Shown here piece by piece: positions 21,092 to 33,743 of a DNA stretch of 64,000 bases. Location of the stretch: contig JBPOGI010000001.1 of NCBI GenBank assembly GCA_051251855.1, positions 416,001 through 480,000 on the forward strand, given 5' to 3'. A model generated the notes under the pieces. The model saw only the letters and a list, made by a program, of their open reading frames with translations. It did no database searches and was not told the origin of the DNA. The DNA is from Roseibacillus sp. (GTDB lineage Bacteria; Verrucomicrobiota; Verrucomicrobiia; Verrucomicrobiales; Akkermansiaceae). Positions within the stretch are counted from its first letter, which is position 1; every line of letters starts with the position of its first letter. The position numbers and the translations under genes are program-made.

Positions 21092-21556
21092 TTAAGCGTC
21101 GTCCTCGGTGCCGCGAACTTCGAGGCGGAGGAAGCAGCTGACGTCGGCGTGAAGCTTGACGTCCACTTCGTGGGTGCCTGTGGTCTTGATGGGCTTGTCG
21201 AGCTTGATGGTGTGGCGGTCGATATCGATACCAGCCTCCTCGAGCTTCTTGTGGATGTCCATATTGGTGACAGAACCGAAAGATTTGCCGGTTGCGCCTG
21301 TCTCGAGAGTGAAGACGGGCTTCAGCTTCTTGATTTTAGCGGAAACTTTTTCAGCTTCGTTGAGCTCTTCGGTCTCACGCTTGGCGCGAGCTGCGGCGAG
21401 GTCATCGAGGTGCTTTTTGTTTGCTTCGGTTGCCTCATAAGCCTTGCCTTGTGGGACGAGGTAGTTACGGGCGAAGCCGGATTTAACTTTAACAACGTCA
21501 GCTTCGGCGCCGAGGTTGTTGATTTTGGTGCGGAGAATGACTTCTGTAGTGGCCAT
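21092..21556 (-). CDS. rplI: 50S ribosomal protein L9
   Basis: LGAEADVVKVKSGFARNYLVPQGKA, FGSVT..DI, PIKT.G. Confidence 0.97.
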   Translation of the reverse strand: MATTEVILRTKINNLGAEADVVKVKSGFARNYLVPQGKAYEATEANKKHLDDLAAARAKRETEELNEAEKVSAKIKKLKPVFTLETGATGKSFGSVTNMDIHKKLEEAGIDIDRHTIKLDKPIKTTGTHEVDVKLHADVSCFLRLEVRGTEDDA

Positions 21557-21713
21557 GGTAAAAAAGTTGAAGGGCGCAGGGTTTAGGGACTGGGTTGGAT
21601 GGGGTCAAGTTTTTTGAAGGGAGAAAGTGTCCGAATACCAGTTTTTCGAGACTGTTTGAGGTTGTGGAGCGAAAAAGGTGGCTTTTTGGCGAGGAAATCA
21701 GTCTTTTGAGGTG

Positions 21714-22283
21714 ATGAGTTTTCTCGATGAATTAATGAAGGAGATGGGTGGACCTGTTGCTGAGCAACTGGGTAAGCGTGAGGGATTGAACGAAGCGCAG
21801 TCGAAAGGCATCCTTGAAAGCTTGGCTCCGGTGATTTTGGGCGGGTTGAAGCGGAAAAAGGAGCAGGGGGTTGATTTAGAAGACCTCATGGGAGGGCTAG
21901 GAGCCAAAGAGGAAGGGCTGGATGATTTGGGCGGATTTTTCGAGGGGGCAGAGAACGTGGATTTGGGCGCTGGGGGTGTTCTCGGATTAGAGAAAGGAGA
22001 GCAGGCGGCGGATGCGATTGCGAAGAAGACCGGGATCGGGGTCGATGTGGCGCGAAAAGTGTTGCCGATGCTTATTCCGTTGGTGATGGCCTACTTGATG
22101 CGCAAAGGGAAGCAGGACAGCGGAACTCCCGATCGAAAGACGGGCATGGGGGCCATTCTAGATCGCGATGGAGACGGGAAAATTTTGGATGATATCGCAG
22201 GGATGGTTCTGGCCAGTCAGGTTGGCGGCGGAAAGAAGGGTGGCTTGTTGGCGATGATTTTGGCGTTCTTTTCTCGGAAGTAG
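21714..22283 (+). CDS. DUF937-like protein
   Basis: LAPVILGGL, LPMLIPLVM..L, LDRDGDG.ILDDI. Confidence 0.72.
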   Translation: MSFLDELMKEMGGPVAEQLGKREGLNEAQSKGILESLAPVILGGLKRKKEQGVDLEDLMGGLGAKEEGLDDLGGFFEGAENVDLGAGGVLGLEKGEQAADAIAKKTGIGVDVARKVLPMLIPLVMAYLMRKGKQDSGTPDRKTGMGAILDRDGDGKILDDIAGMVLASQVGGGKKGGLLAMILAFFSRK

Positions 22284-22322
22284 GAAAATTGTCTTTGCTA
22301 CAGGAGCTAAGGGGTTTCGGTT

Positions 22323-22360
22323 CGGTGTTTTTTGAACAGAAGGCCGCAAAGTGCGCAAAG
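22323..22360. repeat. Dispersed repeat (acagaaggccgcaaag..cgcaaa), second copy at 29036-29074
   Basis: Near-identical copies at two intergenic sites. Confidence 0.7.
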
Positions 22361-22430
22361 GACGAGGTTGTGCCTTTGCGGAGAGGCAGGGATTTGACTT
22401 GGGGAGCTTTTGTCCTATTTTTGGGATGTA

Positions 22431-22682
22431 ATGAGTGAACTCAATGTGTCGCACGCTTCTGAACTGGTCCTGCTGGCAGGTTTGGTGGGGGCGATGGCGA
22501 TGTGGTTTTGGAAAATCTGTCCGCAGAGGAGATTGGCTCAAATAGCTTTGGGCTATGGAGTGACTGCCTTTGTAGTTGCGGCGGTTCTTCTGACCTTAAT
22601 TTTGATGGTGCAAGGAGGAATGGGACATTCGGTGGCTCCGATTGTGGAGGCCTTAAGCCACGTTGAGGCGGGCCTTAGCTGA
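22431..22682 (+). CDS. Hypothetical membrane protein
   Basis: Two TM-like segments. Confidence 0.5.
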   Translation: MSELNVSHASELVLLAGLVGAMAMWFWKICPQRRLAQIALGYGVTAFVVAAVLLTLILMVQGGMGHSVAPIVEALSHVEAGLS

Positions 22683-22709
22683 GTGGTGGTTCTCTGCTAC
22701 CTTCTTTAT

Positions 22710-22790
22710 CGTAGCCGAGTTGGTGACAACTCGGGAGTCGAGGACGCAGAGTGAGCCAACCCAGCCCGCTTTGTCACCAAAGCAGCTACG
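22710..22790. repeat. GTAG-family REP doublet (inverted pair)
   Basis: GTAGCCGAGTTGGTGACAACTCGGG ... reverse complement of second unit GTAGCTGCTTTGGTGACAAAGCGGG. Confidence 0.75.
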
Positions 22791-22820
22791 CAAAATCAGT
22801 TAGAACGCCCCCGGCGGAGC

Positions 22821-23237
22821 TTATTGCCCGGAGTAGCTGATGGCGTGTTTTTTCATTTGGGCGGCCATGAGGGTGAGGGCGTTGGCGCGGGTGGGCGCGA
22901 GGTGCTCTTTGAGGCCGGTTTGGTCGATGAAAGACATGTCGGCTTGCAAAATGTCGTCGGGCGCTTGGCCATCGAGGACACGCACAAAGAGGGCGATCAT
23001 GCCTTTGGTGATGAGGCTGTCGGAGTCGGCGGTGAAGTTGACTTTTCCGTCTGCAAAGTCGGAGTCGAGCCAGACTTGCGATTGGCAGCCTTTGATAACG
23101 CGGTCGGGGGTCTGTTTTTCTTCGGGGAAGGGTGCGAGTTTTTTTCCGAGGTCGATGACGTATTGATAGCGCTCGGTCCAGTCTTGGAAGAGGTTGAGCT
23201 CGTCGAGGAGTTGTTGTTGTTGGTCGGCGATGGTCAC
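22821..23237 (-). CDS. sufE: Sulfur acceptor SufE
   Basis: W.ERYQYVIDLGKKL, GCQSQVW, ADSDSLITKG, L.PTRAN.L. Confidence 0.93.
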   Translation of the reverse strand: MTIADQQQQLLDELNLFQDWTERYQYVIDLGKKLAPFPEEKQTPDRVIKGCQSQVWLDSDFADGKVNFTADSDSLITKGMIALFVRVLDGQAPDDILQADMSFIDQTGLKEHLAPTRANALTLMAAQMKKHAISYSGQ

Positions 23238-23249
23238 GGTTTGTTTTTC

Positions 23250-23280
23250 GACAGGATTTACAGGATTGAACAGGATTTTT
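23250..23280. repeat. Dispersed (acaggatt)n repeat; copies at 28986-29013 and, degenerate, 37117-37134
   Basis: gacaggatttacaggattgaacaggatt. Confidence 0.7.
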
Positions 23281-24490
23281 ATTGCAGCATGAGGGCTGCT
23301 TTTTTGACGGCTTGGGCGAGGAGCTCGACTTCGTCGGAGGTATTGTAGGCGGCGAAGGAGGCGCGAACGGTGCCGGTGGTGTTGAAGCGGCCCATGAGTG
23401 GTTGGCAGCAGTGGTGGCCGGTGCGGACGGCGACTCCCATTTGGTCGACGAGGGTGCCGAGGTCGTAGTGGTGGATGCCGTCGATGTTGAAGGAGAGGGA
23501 ACCTTGGCGGTTGGCGGGGCCGTAGAAGTGGAGGCCAGGGATGTCGGCGAGGGCGGAGGCGGCTTGCTCGATGAGAGCTTGCTCGTGGCCGGCAACAGCG
23601 GTGAGGTCGAGGGCGTGGAGCCAGTCGAAGGCGGCGGCGAGGGCGATGCCGCCTTCGATATTGGGAGTGCCCGCTTCGTAGCGAAAGGGAAGGTCGTTGT
23701 AGGTGGAGCTCTCGTAGGTGACTTCTTTGATCATCTCGCCGCCTCCCCGCCAGGGGGGGAGGTTCTCGAGGCTGGCGGTCTTTCCGTAGAGAATGCCAAT
23801 GCCGGTGGGGGCGTAGATTTTGTGGCCGGAGAAGACGAGGAAGTCGGGGTCGAGGTCTTGTAGGTCAATGGCTTTGTGAGCGACGGATTGGGCGGCGTCG
23901 ATGAGGATGAGGGCTCCGGCGGCGCGGGCAGGCTCAATGAAGTCTTTGACGGGAACGGGGGTGCCGAAGGCGTTGGAGACGTGGGTGAGGGCGAGGATTT
24001 TTGTTTTTTCGCTGAGGAGAGAGAGGAAGGTGGCGTGGTCGAGAGTGCCGTCGTCGAAGACGGGGATGACCTTGAGGGTGGCTCCGGTGCGCTGGGCGAG
24101 CATTTGCCAAGGGACGATATTGGAGTGGTGCTCGAGGGCGGAGATGATGATTTCGTCTCCGGCGCTCAGAGTGGGGGTGAGGATGTTGGCGACGAGGTTG
24201 ATGCCGTCGGTGGTGCCGGAGGTGAAGATGATTTCGTCGGGAGAGGCGGCGTTGAGGTGACGCGCGATGGTTTCGCGGGCGGCTTCGTGGGCGGCGGTGG
24301 CCTTTTGGGAGAGGTGGTGGGTGCCGCGATGGATGTTGGCGTTGGTCTGCTCGTAGTAGGCGCGGGAGGCGTCGAGGACGGCGGTAGGCTTCTGGACGGT
24401 GGCGGCGTTGTCGAGGTAGACAAGGGGCTTGCCGTGGACCTCGGTGGAGAGGACTGGAAATTGGTCGCGAATTGCGAAGGGGTCGAACAC
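23279..24490 (-). CDS. sufS: Cysteine desulfurase, SufS group
   Basis: YLDNAAT.QKP, EHHSNIVPWQ, SGHK, EAGTP, RTGHHC. Confidence 0.95.
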   Translation of the reverse strand: MFDPFAIRDQFPVLSTEVHGKPLVYLDNAATVQKPTAVLDASRAYYEQTNANIHRGTHHLSQKATAAHEAARETIARHLNAASPDEIIFTSGTTDGINLVANILTPTLSAGDEIIISALEHHSNIVPWQMLAQRTGATLKVIPVFDDGTLDHATFLSLLSEKTKILALTHVSNAFGTPVPVKDFIEPARAAGALILIDAAQSVAHKAIDLQDLDPDFLVFSGHKIYAPTGIGILYGKTASLENLPPWRGGGEMIKEVTYESSTYNDLPFRYEAGTPNIEGGIALAAAFDWLHALDLTAVAGHEQALIEQAASALADIPGLHFYGPANRQGSLSFNIDGIHHYDLGTLVDQMGVAVRTGHHCCQPLMGRFNTTGTVRASFAAYNTSDEVELLAQAVKKAALMLQ

Positions 24491-24596
24491 GGAGCGAAAC
24501 TAGAGTCGGGAGGCGTCAGGTGCAAGTTTTGAGCACAAGCTAGAAAAGGGATTTTAAGATGACGAATTTCTCTTTTTTAGAGAGGATAGAGGGGAG

Positions 24597-25049
24597 ATGG
24601 AAGGTTTGATCGTGATTCCTCGGGTGAGGACTTTGGCGGGACTGGTGACCTGGGCGAAGACGTATCGGCTCGTCTTTGATGGCCAGTTTCTTTGGGTGAT
24701 TCATCTGGGGCGCGCGATGAGGCCTGGGGTTGAGGCGAAAGACCCGTTAGCGAATTTTTTTGCCCAGTTGATGATTCGTGGGAGTAAGAAACGAATTGAG
24801 GAGCGGCTGGATGAGGTGGAGGAGGAGATCGGGTCGGTATCCTTGGCGACCTTGTTGGAGCGCAAGGGGTGCTTTCGAGTTTCGGTGGAGGAGCAGGGGG
24901 CAGTGAGGTGTGAGCTGAATCCCGAGTTTGAGGCTGCCTTGATTGTGAAGAGTGTCTCGGGGAGGAAGCGGTTTTATGGGCTTCACGAGGAATTGGCTGA
25001 GCCGTTTGCGCAGATTGCGGCGGCATTTGGTTCTGGGAGCAAATCGTAA
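24597..25049 (+). CDS. Hypothetical protein
   Basis: ATG after GGAG, fills the gap and ends at a bidirectional terminator. Confidence 0.6.
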   Translation: MEGLIVIPRVRTLAGLVTWAKTYRLVFDGQFLWVIHLGRAMRPGVEAKDPLANFFAQLMIRGSKKRIEERLDEVEEEIGSVSLATLLERKGCFRVSVEEQGAVRCELNPEFEAALIVKSVSGRKRFYGLHEELAEPFAQIAAAFGSGSKS

Positions 25050-25053
25050 AAAG

Positions 25054-25081
25054 AAAAGCCGCTCGAGTTGAGCGGCCTTTT
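25054..25081. terminator. Bidirectional intrinsic terminator (rpoD / hypothetical)
   Basis: aaaagccgctc-gagtt-gagcggcctttt. Confidence 0.8.
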
Positions 25082-25132
25082 AAGAATGAGGAGAAATGAA
25101 AGGGTTCAGACTGAAATCTGAGGCTCCCTATT

Positions 25133-27010
25133 TTAGTCGGTGGGGAGCTCGATGAAGCCTTCCAGTTTGCGGATCCGGGTTGGGTGACGCATCTTGCGGA
25201 GGGCCTTGGCTTCGATTTGACGAATACGCTCGCGGGTGACCTGGAACTGGCGACCCACTTCCTCGAGGGTGCGGCTGTAGCCGTCTTTGAGGCCGAAACG
25301 TTGTTCGAGAACTTCGCGTTCGCGCTCGGTGAGGGAGTCGAGGACTTCGATGATCTTGTCCTTGAGCATGGCAAAGCCGGCTTCTTCCATGGGGTTGTCG
25401 GCAGCTTTGTCCTCGATGAAGTCACCGAAGGAGGTGTCGTCGCTGTCGCCGACGGGTGCTTGGAGAGAAATGGGCTGTTGGGCCATCTTGAGGACGGCAC
25501 GAACACGCTCGACGGGAAGGTGAATCTCCTCGGCGATTTCGTCGGGAGAAGGCTCACGACCGTATTCCTGCACCAACTGCTTCTGCACGCGCATGAGCTT
25601 GTTGATGGTCTCGATCATGTGGACCGGGATACGGATGGTGCGGGCCTGATCCGCGATGGAGCGGGTGATGGCCTGACGAATCCACCAGGTGGCGTAGGTT
25701 GAGAATTTGTAACCACGACGATACTCGAATTTTTCGACCGCCTTCATGAGGCCCATGTTGCCTTCTTGAATGAGGTCGAGGAAGGAGAGGCCTCGGTTGG
25801 TGTATTTCTTGGCGATGGAGATGACGAGGCGGAGGTTGGCTTCGACCATTTCGGTCTTAGCTTTATGCGCTTCGCGCATCCAGTGGCGGAGGTCACCTTT
25901 GTTTTCTTCGAAAGACTCGGTGGTGCACCAGGTCTCTTGTTGAACTTCGCGGAGCTTGGTCTCGAATTCTTCGACGTCTTTGCCGCCGGCGGCCACTTTC
26001 TTGGTGTAGCGCCAGAACTTGGTCTCGTAGTCGTCGACTTGGTCGCAGAAATCTTCCACCACCTTTTGCTTGTAGTAGAAGCGACCATATTGCCGGGCGA
26101 GGCTGGTGAGATTTTTGGCGAGTTGGTCCTCGAGCTTCTTTTTACCGCGAGGATTCTTGGCAGAGAGTTTGCGCCAGATGGTGGAGGTCTCTTCGTGAAG
26201 CGTTTGTACGGAGAGGCAAAGCTTTGGGAGGAGCTTCATGTAGCGCTCGCGGCTCTCGATCTTTTTGTCGAGGATGACGCGGTCAAAACGCTCTTTGCCG
26301 CGCTCGAGCTTTTGGGCGAGTTCAAGGTAGCATTGGGCGACGTAGCCGAAGCGGTGAAGGTATTTCTGAACGTTAATCTCGGCGTCCTCAATGCGCTTGG
26401 AAATTTCGACTTCCTGCTCGCGGGTGAGCAGGGGGACTTGGCCCATCTGCTTAAGATACATCCGAACGGGGTCGTCAAGAATGTCGAGCTTCTCGGCCTT
26501 GGTGTCGTCGGCTGAGGCGGCGTCGTCGTTTTTCTTATCCTTGAAGCGGTCAACATCGGAAGCGTCGATGATATCGAACTCCATGCTGCGGAGGCGCTCG
26601 TAGATGCCCTCGATATCAGCGGGTTCGACCATATCCTTGGGAAGGAGGTCGTTGACGTCGTCGTGGGTGAGGTAGCCTTGCTCTTTTGCAAGCTTGATGA
26701 GTTCGCGGATGACTTCCTGAATCTCAGGGGAGTCGAGACGGCTCTTGGTCTTGGCTGCGGCCGCTTCTTCAGCCTTGGCTGCTTTGGCTTTCTCAGTGCC
26801 AGGCTTAGTGGGAGTCGGCTTTTTGGCTGCAGCTTTCTTCGCGGGAGCCTTTTTTGCAGCAGTCTTCTTGGTTGAGGCCTTTTTTGCTGCCGTTTTCTTG
26901 GCGGCCGCCTTTTTCGCGGGAGCTTTTTTAGGAGCAGCTTTTTTGGCAGCGGTTTTCTTTGGAGCCGAGGAGGAGGTTTTCTTTTTAGGTGCTGCCTTTT
27001 TTTTCGCCAT
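25133..27010 (-). CDS. rpoD: Primary sigma factor sigma-70 with Lys/Ala-rich N-terminal tail
   Basis: [59 protein letters not shown]. Confidence 0.97.
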   Translation of the reverse strand: MAKKKAAPKKKTSSSAPKKTAAKKAAPKKAPAKKAAAKKTAAKKASTKKTAAKKAPAKKAAAKKPTPTKPGTEKAKAAKAEEAAAAKTKSRLDSPEIQEVIRELIKLAKEQGYLTHDDVNDLLPKDMVEPADIEGIYERLRSMEFDIIDASDVDRFKDKKNDDAASADDTKAEKLDILDDPVRMYLKQMGQVPLLTREQEVEISKRIEDAEINVQKYLHRFGYVAQCYLELAQKLERGKERFDRVILDKKIESRERYMKLLPKLCLSVQTLHEETSTIWRKLSAKNPRGKKKLEDQLAKNLTSLARQYGRFYYKQKVVEDFCDQVDDYETKFWRYTKKVAAGGKDVEEFETKLREVQQETWCTTESFEENKGDLRHWMREAHKAKTEMVEANLRLVISIAKKYTNRGLSFLDLIQEGNMGLMKAVEKFEYRRGYKFSTYATWWIRQAITRSIADQARTIRIPVHMIETINKLMRVQKQLVQEYGREPSPDEIAEEIHLPVERVRAVLKMAQQPISLQAPVGDSDDTSFGDFIEDKAADNPMEEAGFAMLKDKIIEVLDSLTEREREVLEQRFGLKDGYSRTLEEVGRQFQVTRERIRQIEAKALRKMRHPTRIRKLEGFIELPTD

Positions 27011-27129
27011 GATGATTTGAGAAAGGATGAAATAGGGGGTGAAACGTTAGCGAATGGCTACAATTCACCTATTATAGCAAGCCCGAAGACTTGCGAAGGC
27101 GAGTTTCTTGGAGATTACAGGGATTTTCG

Positions 27130-28926
27130 TCAAGGATTATTGCTGTCGTGCAGCATGTTCCCGATCTCTTTCGCTTCGCTAAGCAGGGATTGAATCTGAG
27201 TTGAATCGAGGCTGGCTGAGTTGAGTTCTGAAGAAATTTGATCGAGACGCTTTTGGAGAGATTTGCGAGCAAGCAGGCCAAGGGCCTTGGTGGCGTGGTC
27301 GAGGGCATCGGCGGGGGCTGGCTTTTCGAGAGCGGCGGAGAGGGTGAGGGCGTCTTCGGGGGGGACGCCCCCTAGGTAGCGGTTGATGGAGGCCGGTTGG
27401 GTGGGGTCGGGGCGGTGGCCGATGATGCTGATGAGGGTTTCGTGGCCTGGGAGATTGGCGAGGGCTTCGATGAGGCTTTCAGTTTGCTCGCAGAGCCAGT
27501 CTTGGACTTCTTTGGATTGAAGAGCGAATTGGCAGAGGAGGAGGACGCTGGGGTCGTAGGCGCGTGCTTCGACTTTCTTGGATTGTTCCTCTTTGGGCTG
27601 ATAGCTTTTTTCTTCTTTAGCGCGGGTGAAGGATTCGCGGAATTCGGGGAGGCCGATGCCGAGACGGGTGGCGCAGTGGGCGAGAAGAGAGTCGCGCACG
27701 ACGGGGTCGGAGATTTTTTTGAGATAGACGGCGAGGGAGTTGGCGAAGCGGCCGCGATTGAGAGGTTGGGCGAGGTCGACGTTCTTCTGGGCAAAGTCGA
27801 TTTGGTAGTCGAAGAAGCCACTGGCGCGGTCGATGAGAGTGCGGAAGGCTTCGGGGCCATCTGCTTTGATGAGGGAGTCGGGGTCTTGTTTCTCGGGAAG
27901 GGGAGCGACGCGGACTTCGAGGCCGAAATCGGAAAGTTCGGTGAAGGCTTTTCCTGCAGCTTTGTGGCCGGCGGCGTCGGAGTCGTAGCAGAGGACGACT
28001 TTATCCGTGTAGCGCTTGATAAGGCGGGCGTGGTCCGAGGTGAGGGCGGTGCCGAGACCGGCGACGGTGTTTTCGAAACCGGCTTCGTGGCAAGCGATAA
28101 CATCGATCTGACCTTCGCAGACGAGAGCGAATTTTTCTTTGCCGATAGCACGCTTGGCTTTGTCGAGGCCGAAGAAGACTTTGGACTTTTTGAAAAGGGC
28201 GGTCTCGGGAGAGTTGATGTATTTACCGGAGTTTTTGTCTTCAACCAATTGACGACCAGAGTAGGCGATGATGTCGCCGTAGTCGTTGTGGATGGGAAAC
28301 ATGAGGCGGTCGCGAAAGCGGAGGTAGAGGCCGGCGCGCGGGTTGCCTTCGTCCTTGGGGGAGGCCATGCCGGTGCCGCAAAGTTCGCGGCCGTTGAAGC
28401 CTTCCTTTTTGGCCCAATCGAGGAAGAGCTTCGGATTGGCTGGCATCCAGCCGACGAGCCAGCGTTCGGCCATTTCTTTGCCGTAGCCGCGGCCCTTGAG
28501 GTAGGCGCGAGCGTGACCGGCATCGGGATGACTGACGAGGAGTTCATGCATGTAGCGGGCGGCTTTGTTTTGAAGCTCAAGCATACGGGAACGAATGCGA
28601 CGTGCGCGGATCGCTTCGGGGTCTTCGGCCTCTTCGATGATGGGAACACCGGCGCGTTTGGCGAGTTCGCGAATGGCGTCGGGGAAGGGGAGGTTTTGGT
28701 AGTTCATCATCCACCCGATGGCGTCTCCGCTAGCGCCACAGCCAAAGCACTTGTAGCGCTGCATGTGAGGGGTGACGTAGAACGAGGGGGTCTTTTCGTT
28801 ATGAAAAGGGCAGTTGGCGCGAAATTGAGAACCTGCACGGCGTAGGGGAACCATGGCGTTGATCAGATCGACGATGTCGGTCTGGGCAAGGACGAGTTCC
28901 TTAGTCTCTGGAGGTATGGTTCCCAC
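27130..28926 (-). CDS. dnaG: DNA primase
   Basis: CPFHNEKTPSF..CFGC zinc finger, KYINSPET, EGQIDV, YDSDAAG, DPD. Confidence 0.97.
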   Translation of the reverse strand: MGTIPPETKELVLAQTDIVDLINAMVPLRRAGSQFRANCPFHNEKTPSFYVTPHMQRYKCFGCGASGDAIGWMMNYQNLPFPDAIRELAKRAGVPIIEEAEDPEAIRARRIRSRMLELQNKAARYMHELLVSHPDAGHARAYLKGRGYGKEMAERWLVGWMPANPKLFLDWAKKEGFNGRELCGTGMASPKDEGNPRAGLYLRFRDRLMFPIHNDYGDIIAYSGRQLVEDKNSGKYINSPETALFKKSKVFFGLDKAKRAIGKEKFALVCEGQIDVIACHEAGFENTVAGLGTALTSDHARLIKRYTDKVVLCYDSDAAGHKAAGKAFTELSDFGLEVRVAPLPEKQDPDSLIKADGPEAFRTLIDRASGFFDYQIDFAQKNVDLAQPLNRGRFANSLAVYLKKISDPVVRDSLLAHCATRLGIGLPEFRESFTRAKEEKSYQPKEEQSKKVEARAYDPSVLLLCQFALQSKEVQDWLCEQTESLIEALANLPGHETLISIIGHRPDPTQPASINRYLGGVPPEDALTLSAALEKPAPADALDHATKALGLLARKSLQKRLDQISSELNSASLDSTQIQSLLSEAKEIGNMLHDSNNP

Positions 28927-29245
28927 GTGGATGGATTGAACGATTTGCTGAGGGGGTTGGCAAGTCGAGGTGGGGGAGTTTTTTGGACAGGATTTACAGG
29001 ATTAAGCAGGATCTTTTTGGGGAGCGTTTTTGGATCGGTGTGTTTTTCACAGAAGGCCGCAAAGGTCGCAAAAGATTGTCTTGGGGCGTGGCTTTTTAAG
29101 CCGCTGAGGTTGACCGCTTCTTTGGAAGGCTGCTAATTCGACTTGGATCTAAAGGGGGGAATGTGTGCAGGCCTAACCTGACCTTTCCAAGTTTTCAGGT
29201 TGCGGCTTGGAAAGACCACGCTCCCGATTGGACGGGCCGCTTGGG

Positions 29246-30855
<1,610 letters not shown>

Positions 30856-30859
<4 letters not shown>

Positions 30860-31620
30860 GGCTGTGTTGTTGTGTGTGATTGGAGGAGGCTTTCGAGAAG
30901 TGGAACTTGTTCGGGAGTGTCGAGACCGATGGCTTCGTGTTCTGTTAGAACGACTTGGATGCGTGCTCCATGGTGCAAGGCGCGCAATTGTTCAAGCGAT
31001 TCCGCAACTTCAATGGGCGCGGGGGGCCAGGTGACGAAGTTTTGCAGGAAATCGGCGCGGTATCCGTAGAGGCCGATGTGGCGGTGAGGTTGCACGGCGT
31101 CGTCGGTGCGCGGGTAGGGAATGGGCGCTCGTGAGAAATAGAGGGCGTCGTTTTTGGCATTGAGAACGACTTTGACGATATTGGGGTCCTGTAGCTGGGT
31201 TGAATCTTTAAGCGGAGAAGCAGCGGTGATGAGGTCAATGCCTGAATCAGCAGCGAGGAGTTCGACCAGTTGATCGACGAGGGAGGGGTCGATGAGGGGT
31301 TCGTCGCCTTGAATATTGATGAAGTGTGATGCGGATGGGAATTGGGCGGCGGCCTCGGCAATGCGGTCTGTACCGGTGGGATGCTCGGCGGAGGTCATGA
31401 CGACGGTGGCTCCGAAGGCTTCGGCGGCTTCCTTAATGCGCTCGTCATCGGTGGCGACGACAATGGCGTCGAGCTTTTGGCATTCGAGGGTTCGCTCGAA
31501 GACGTGTTGGAGAAGAGGTTTCCCGCAGAGATGAAAAAGGGGCTTCCCAGGGAAGCGGCTTGAGGACCATCGGGCAGGGATGATTCCTATGATTTGCGGA
31601 GATTCGGCTGACGAGTTCAA
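30856..31620 (-). CDS. kdsB: 3-deoxy-manno-octulosonate cytidylyltransferase
   Basis: [39 protein letters not shown]. Confidence 0.96.
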
Positions 31621-31750
31621 GCGGTGAGCATGGGTTTCGAGACACTAGGAAAATAATCGGACGTAAGCCAAGGTTTTGCGGCAATGGTGACGAACTTTCC
31701 GCATGATTGAATGGACGGGAGGGGTCTCTGGTTGCTTAGGTTCGAAAGAG

Positions 31751-33352
31751 ATGAAGGAAGTCACGGAAGCGTTTGGTTGGATCGACTGGGGGATCGTGGC
31801 GCTGTATATGGTCTTTACGACTGTTTTGGGCGAGCGTCTCTCTGGTAAGCAGTCGACGATTAAGGACTTCTTCCTCGGAGGAAAGTCATTGCCTTGGTGG
31901 GCGGTGACGGGGTCGATGATTGCCACTGAGATCAGTGCGCTGACTTTTATCGGGGTTCCGGGGGGGGTCTATGCGGCGCAAGGGGATTGGACGTATTTGC
32001 AGTGGGGTATTGGTTCCATTATAGCGCGCTTCGCGGTGGGGTATTGGCTGGTGCCACTTTACTATGAGAAGGAGATTTATTCGCCTTATGACTTTATGGG
32101 GAACCGGCTGGGCGAGGGCGTTCGAAGGTTGGTGACGGTGCTTTTTTCTCTGGGAGCTGTTCTGGGGGCGAGTGTGCGGGTGGTGGTGACAGCAGTGATC
32201 TTGAAGGCGGTGACGGGGATGGATGCGATGTTGTGTATCGTGGTGATTGGTGCTTTTGCTGTGCTTTGGACTTTCTTGGGGGGAATGCAGACCGTGATTT
32301 GGACGGATGTCATTCAGTTCTGTCTCTTTATCTTTGGAGGGCTCTTGGCTCTGGGGTGGTTGGTGACTTCGCTGGGTTGGGATCAGATTGTGGGTCTCAA
32401 CCAGACGACTTCACCGGAGGGGACGGCGATTAATAAGATGGAGATATTCAATCTCGCGTCGCCGTTTACGGAGGAGGGTCGAGCCTTAAAGTTTACGCTG
32501 TGGGTTGGCTTGTTTGCGATGCCGTTCCAGAACTTTGCAGCGTTCGGAATCGACCAGTTGAATACGCAGCGGATGTTCTGTTGCGGTAGCGCAAAAGATG
32601 CGCGGAAGGCGATGTGTTGGAGTTCGGTTTCCATCATCATTACGCTGATCATGTTGGCCGTGGGTTCTGGACTTTTTGCCTGGTATCAGGTGAACGTGCC
32701 CAGTGCGAGTTTGGCTGCGGCTTTTGCTGAGGATGGGAATAATGTCTTTCCTGCTTGGATTGTGACGGTGCTGCCAGTTGGGCTTTCGGGACTAATTTTG
32801 GCGGGAGCGTTTGCGGCGGCGATTTCGAGTTTGGACTCGGTGCTAGCGGCTCTTTCCCAGACGAGTTTGTCGATTTTCTATGGACGCGAGAAATTGGAGG
32901 ATGAAAGCAAGGGCAAGGAGCGCGTGCTGCAGTCGCGAATTGCGGTGTGCATCTGGGGAGTGATTCTAACGATTGTCACGCTAGGACTTTGGAAGGCGTA
33001 TATGAGCGGGGAGGCGAAGGATTTGATAGGTCTCGCCTTTGGAATGGTGGCTTACACCTTTGGACCGTTGTTAGGGATTCTTTTGGCGGCGATTTTCTTG
33101 AAGGGGAAGAATTTGACTCCGGGTTTGATAGTGGGGTCGTGTTTGTCGGTGTTCTTCGTCGCTTGGTTCCGGCCAGAGATTTTGACGGTGCTGGAAAGCA
33201 TGAATATGGCGGATACGGCGAAGGCGGTTGTGGCGAGCCGTCCAGCCTTTGCTTCGGAGTGGTTCTTCCCAATCAATGCAGGGCTGACCTTCTTTTGTGG
33301 ATGGTTGGGGAAGCAGATTCTTGATGCGCTTGGCAAGAGTGAGTTCGAGTAA
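31751..33352 (+). CDS. Sodium:solute symporter family transporter
   Basis: FFLGGKSLPWW, SMIATEISALTFIGVP, VIWTDVIQ, DQ..QR, AAAISSLDS. Confidence 0.9.
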   Translation: MKEVTEAFGWIDWGIVALYMVFTTVLGERLSGKQSTIKDFFLGGKSLPWWAVTGSMIATEISALTFIGVPGGVYAAQGDWTYLQWGIGSIIARFAVGYWLVPLYYEKEIYSPYDFMGNRLGEGVRRLVTVLFSLGAVLGASVRVVVTAVILKAVTGMDAMLCIVVIGAFAVLWTFLGGMQTVIWTDVIQFCLFIFGGLLALGWLVTSLGWDQIVGLNQTTSPEGTAINKMEIFNLASPFTEEGRALKFTLWVGLFAMPFQNFAAFGIDQLNTQRMFCCGSAKDARKAMCWSSVSIIITLIMLAVGSGLFAWYQVNVPSASLAAAFAEDGNNVFPAWIVTVLPVGLSGLILAGAFAAAISSLDSVLAALSQTSLSIFYGREKLEDESKGKERVLQSRIAVCIWGVILTIVTLGLWKAYMSGEAKDLIGLAFGMVAYTFGPLLGILLAAIFLKGKNLTPGLIVGSCLSVFFVAWFRPEILTVLESMNMADTAKAVVASRPAFASEWFFPINAGLTFFCGWLGKQILDALGKSEFE

Positions 33353-33376
33353 GGTGATTCGATTGAAATAGAAGTC

Positions 33377-33661
33377 ATGAAGGAGGCGGAATATGCGACC
33401 GATAGGTATCTTGTTCTCAATATTGTTCTTTTGGTCCTCGTTATTGGTTTGGTAGTCGCCTACGAGGTTTCCCGTGAGGACTTTCGGATCTGGAGGTCGT
33501 TCAGGGGGCTTATCGTGCCCGCGATTTGTATCTTGATTCCCGAGATTCTAGAGGGGTTGAGCGGAAATTCTTTGAGTGCCAAATTTATCAGATTGGCTGG
33601 ATGGGGGCTGTTATTTTTCGTGCTACTGTATCCGCTTTGTCTGAGGGCACTCTTTTACTAG
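33377..33661 (+). CDS. Hypothetical membrane protein
   Basis: Three hydrophobic segments, directly after the SSS gene. Confidence 0.45.
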   Translation: MKEAEYATDRYLVLNIVLLVLVIGLVVAYEVSREDFRIWRSFRGLIVPAICILIPEILEGLSGNSLSAKFIRLAGWGLLFFVLLYPLCLRALFY

Positions 33662-33743
33662 GGGGAAATCACAAAGTAGCCCAGCAAGACACTGCGCTTT
33701 TGGTGAGGCCATACTTGTAGGATTGTTGAAGTCGCAGGTTGCG

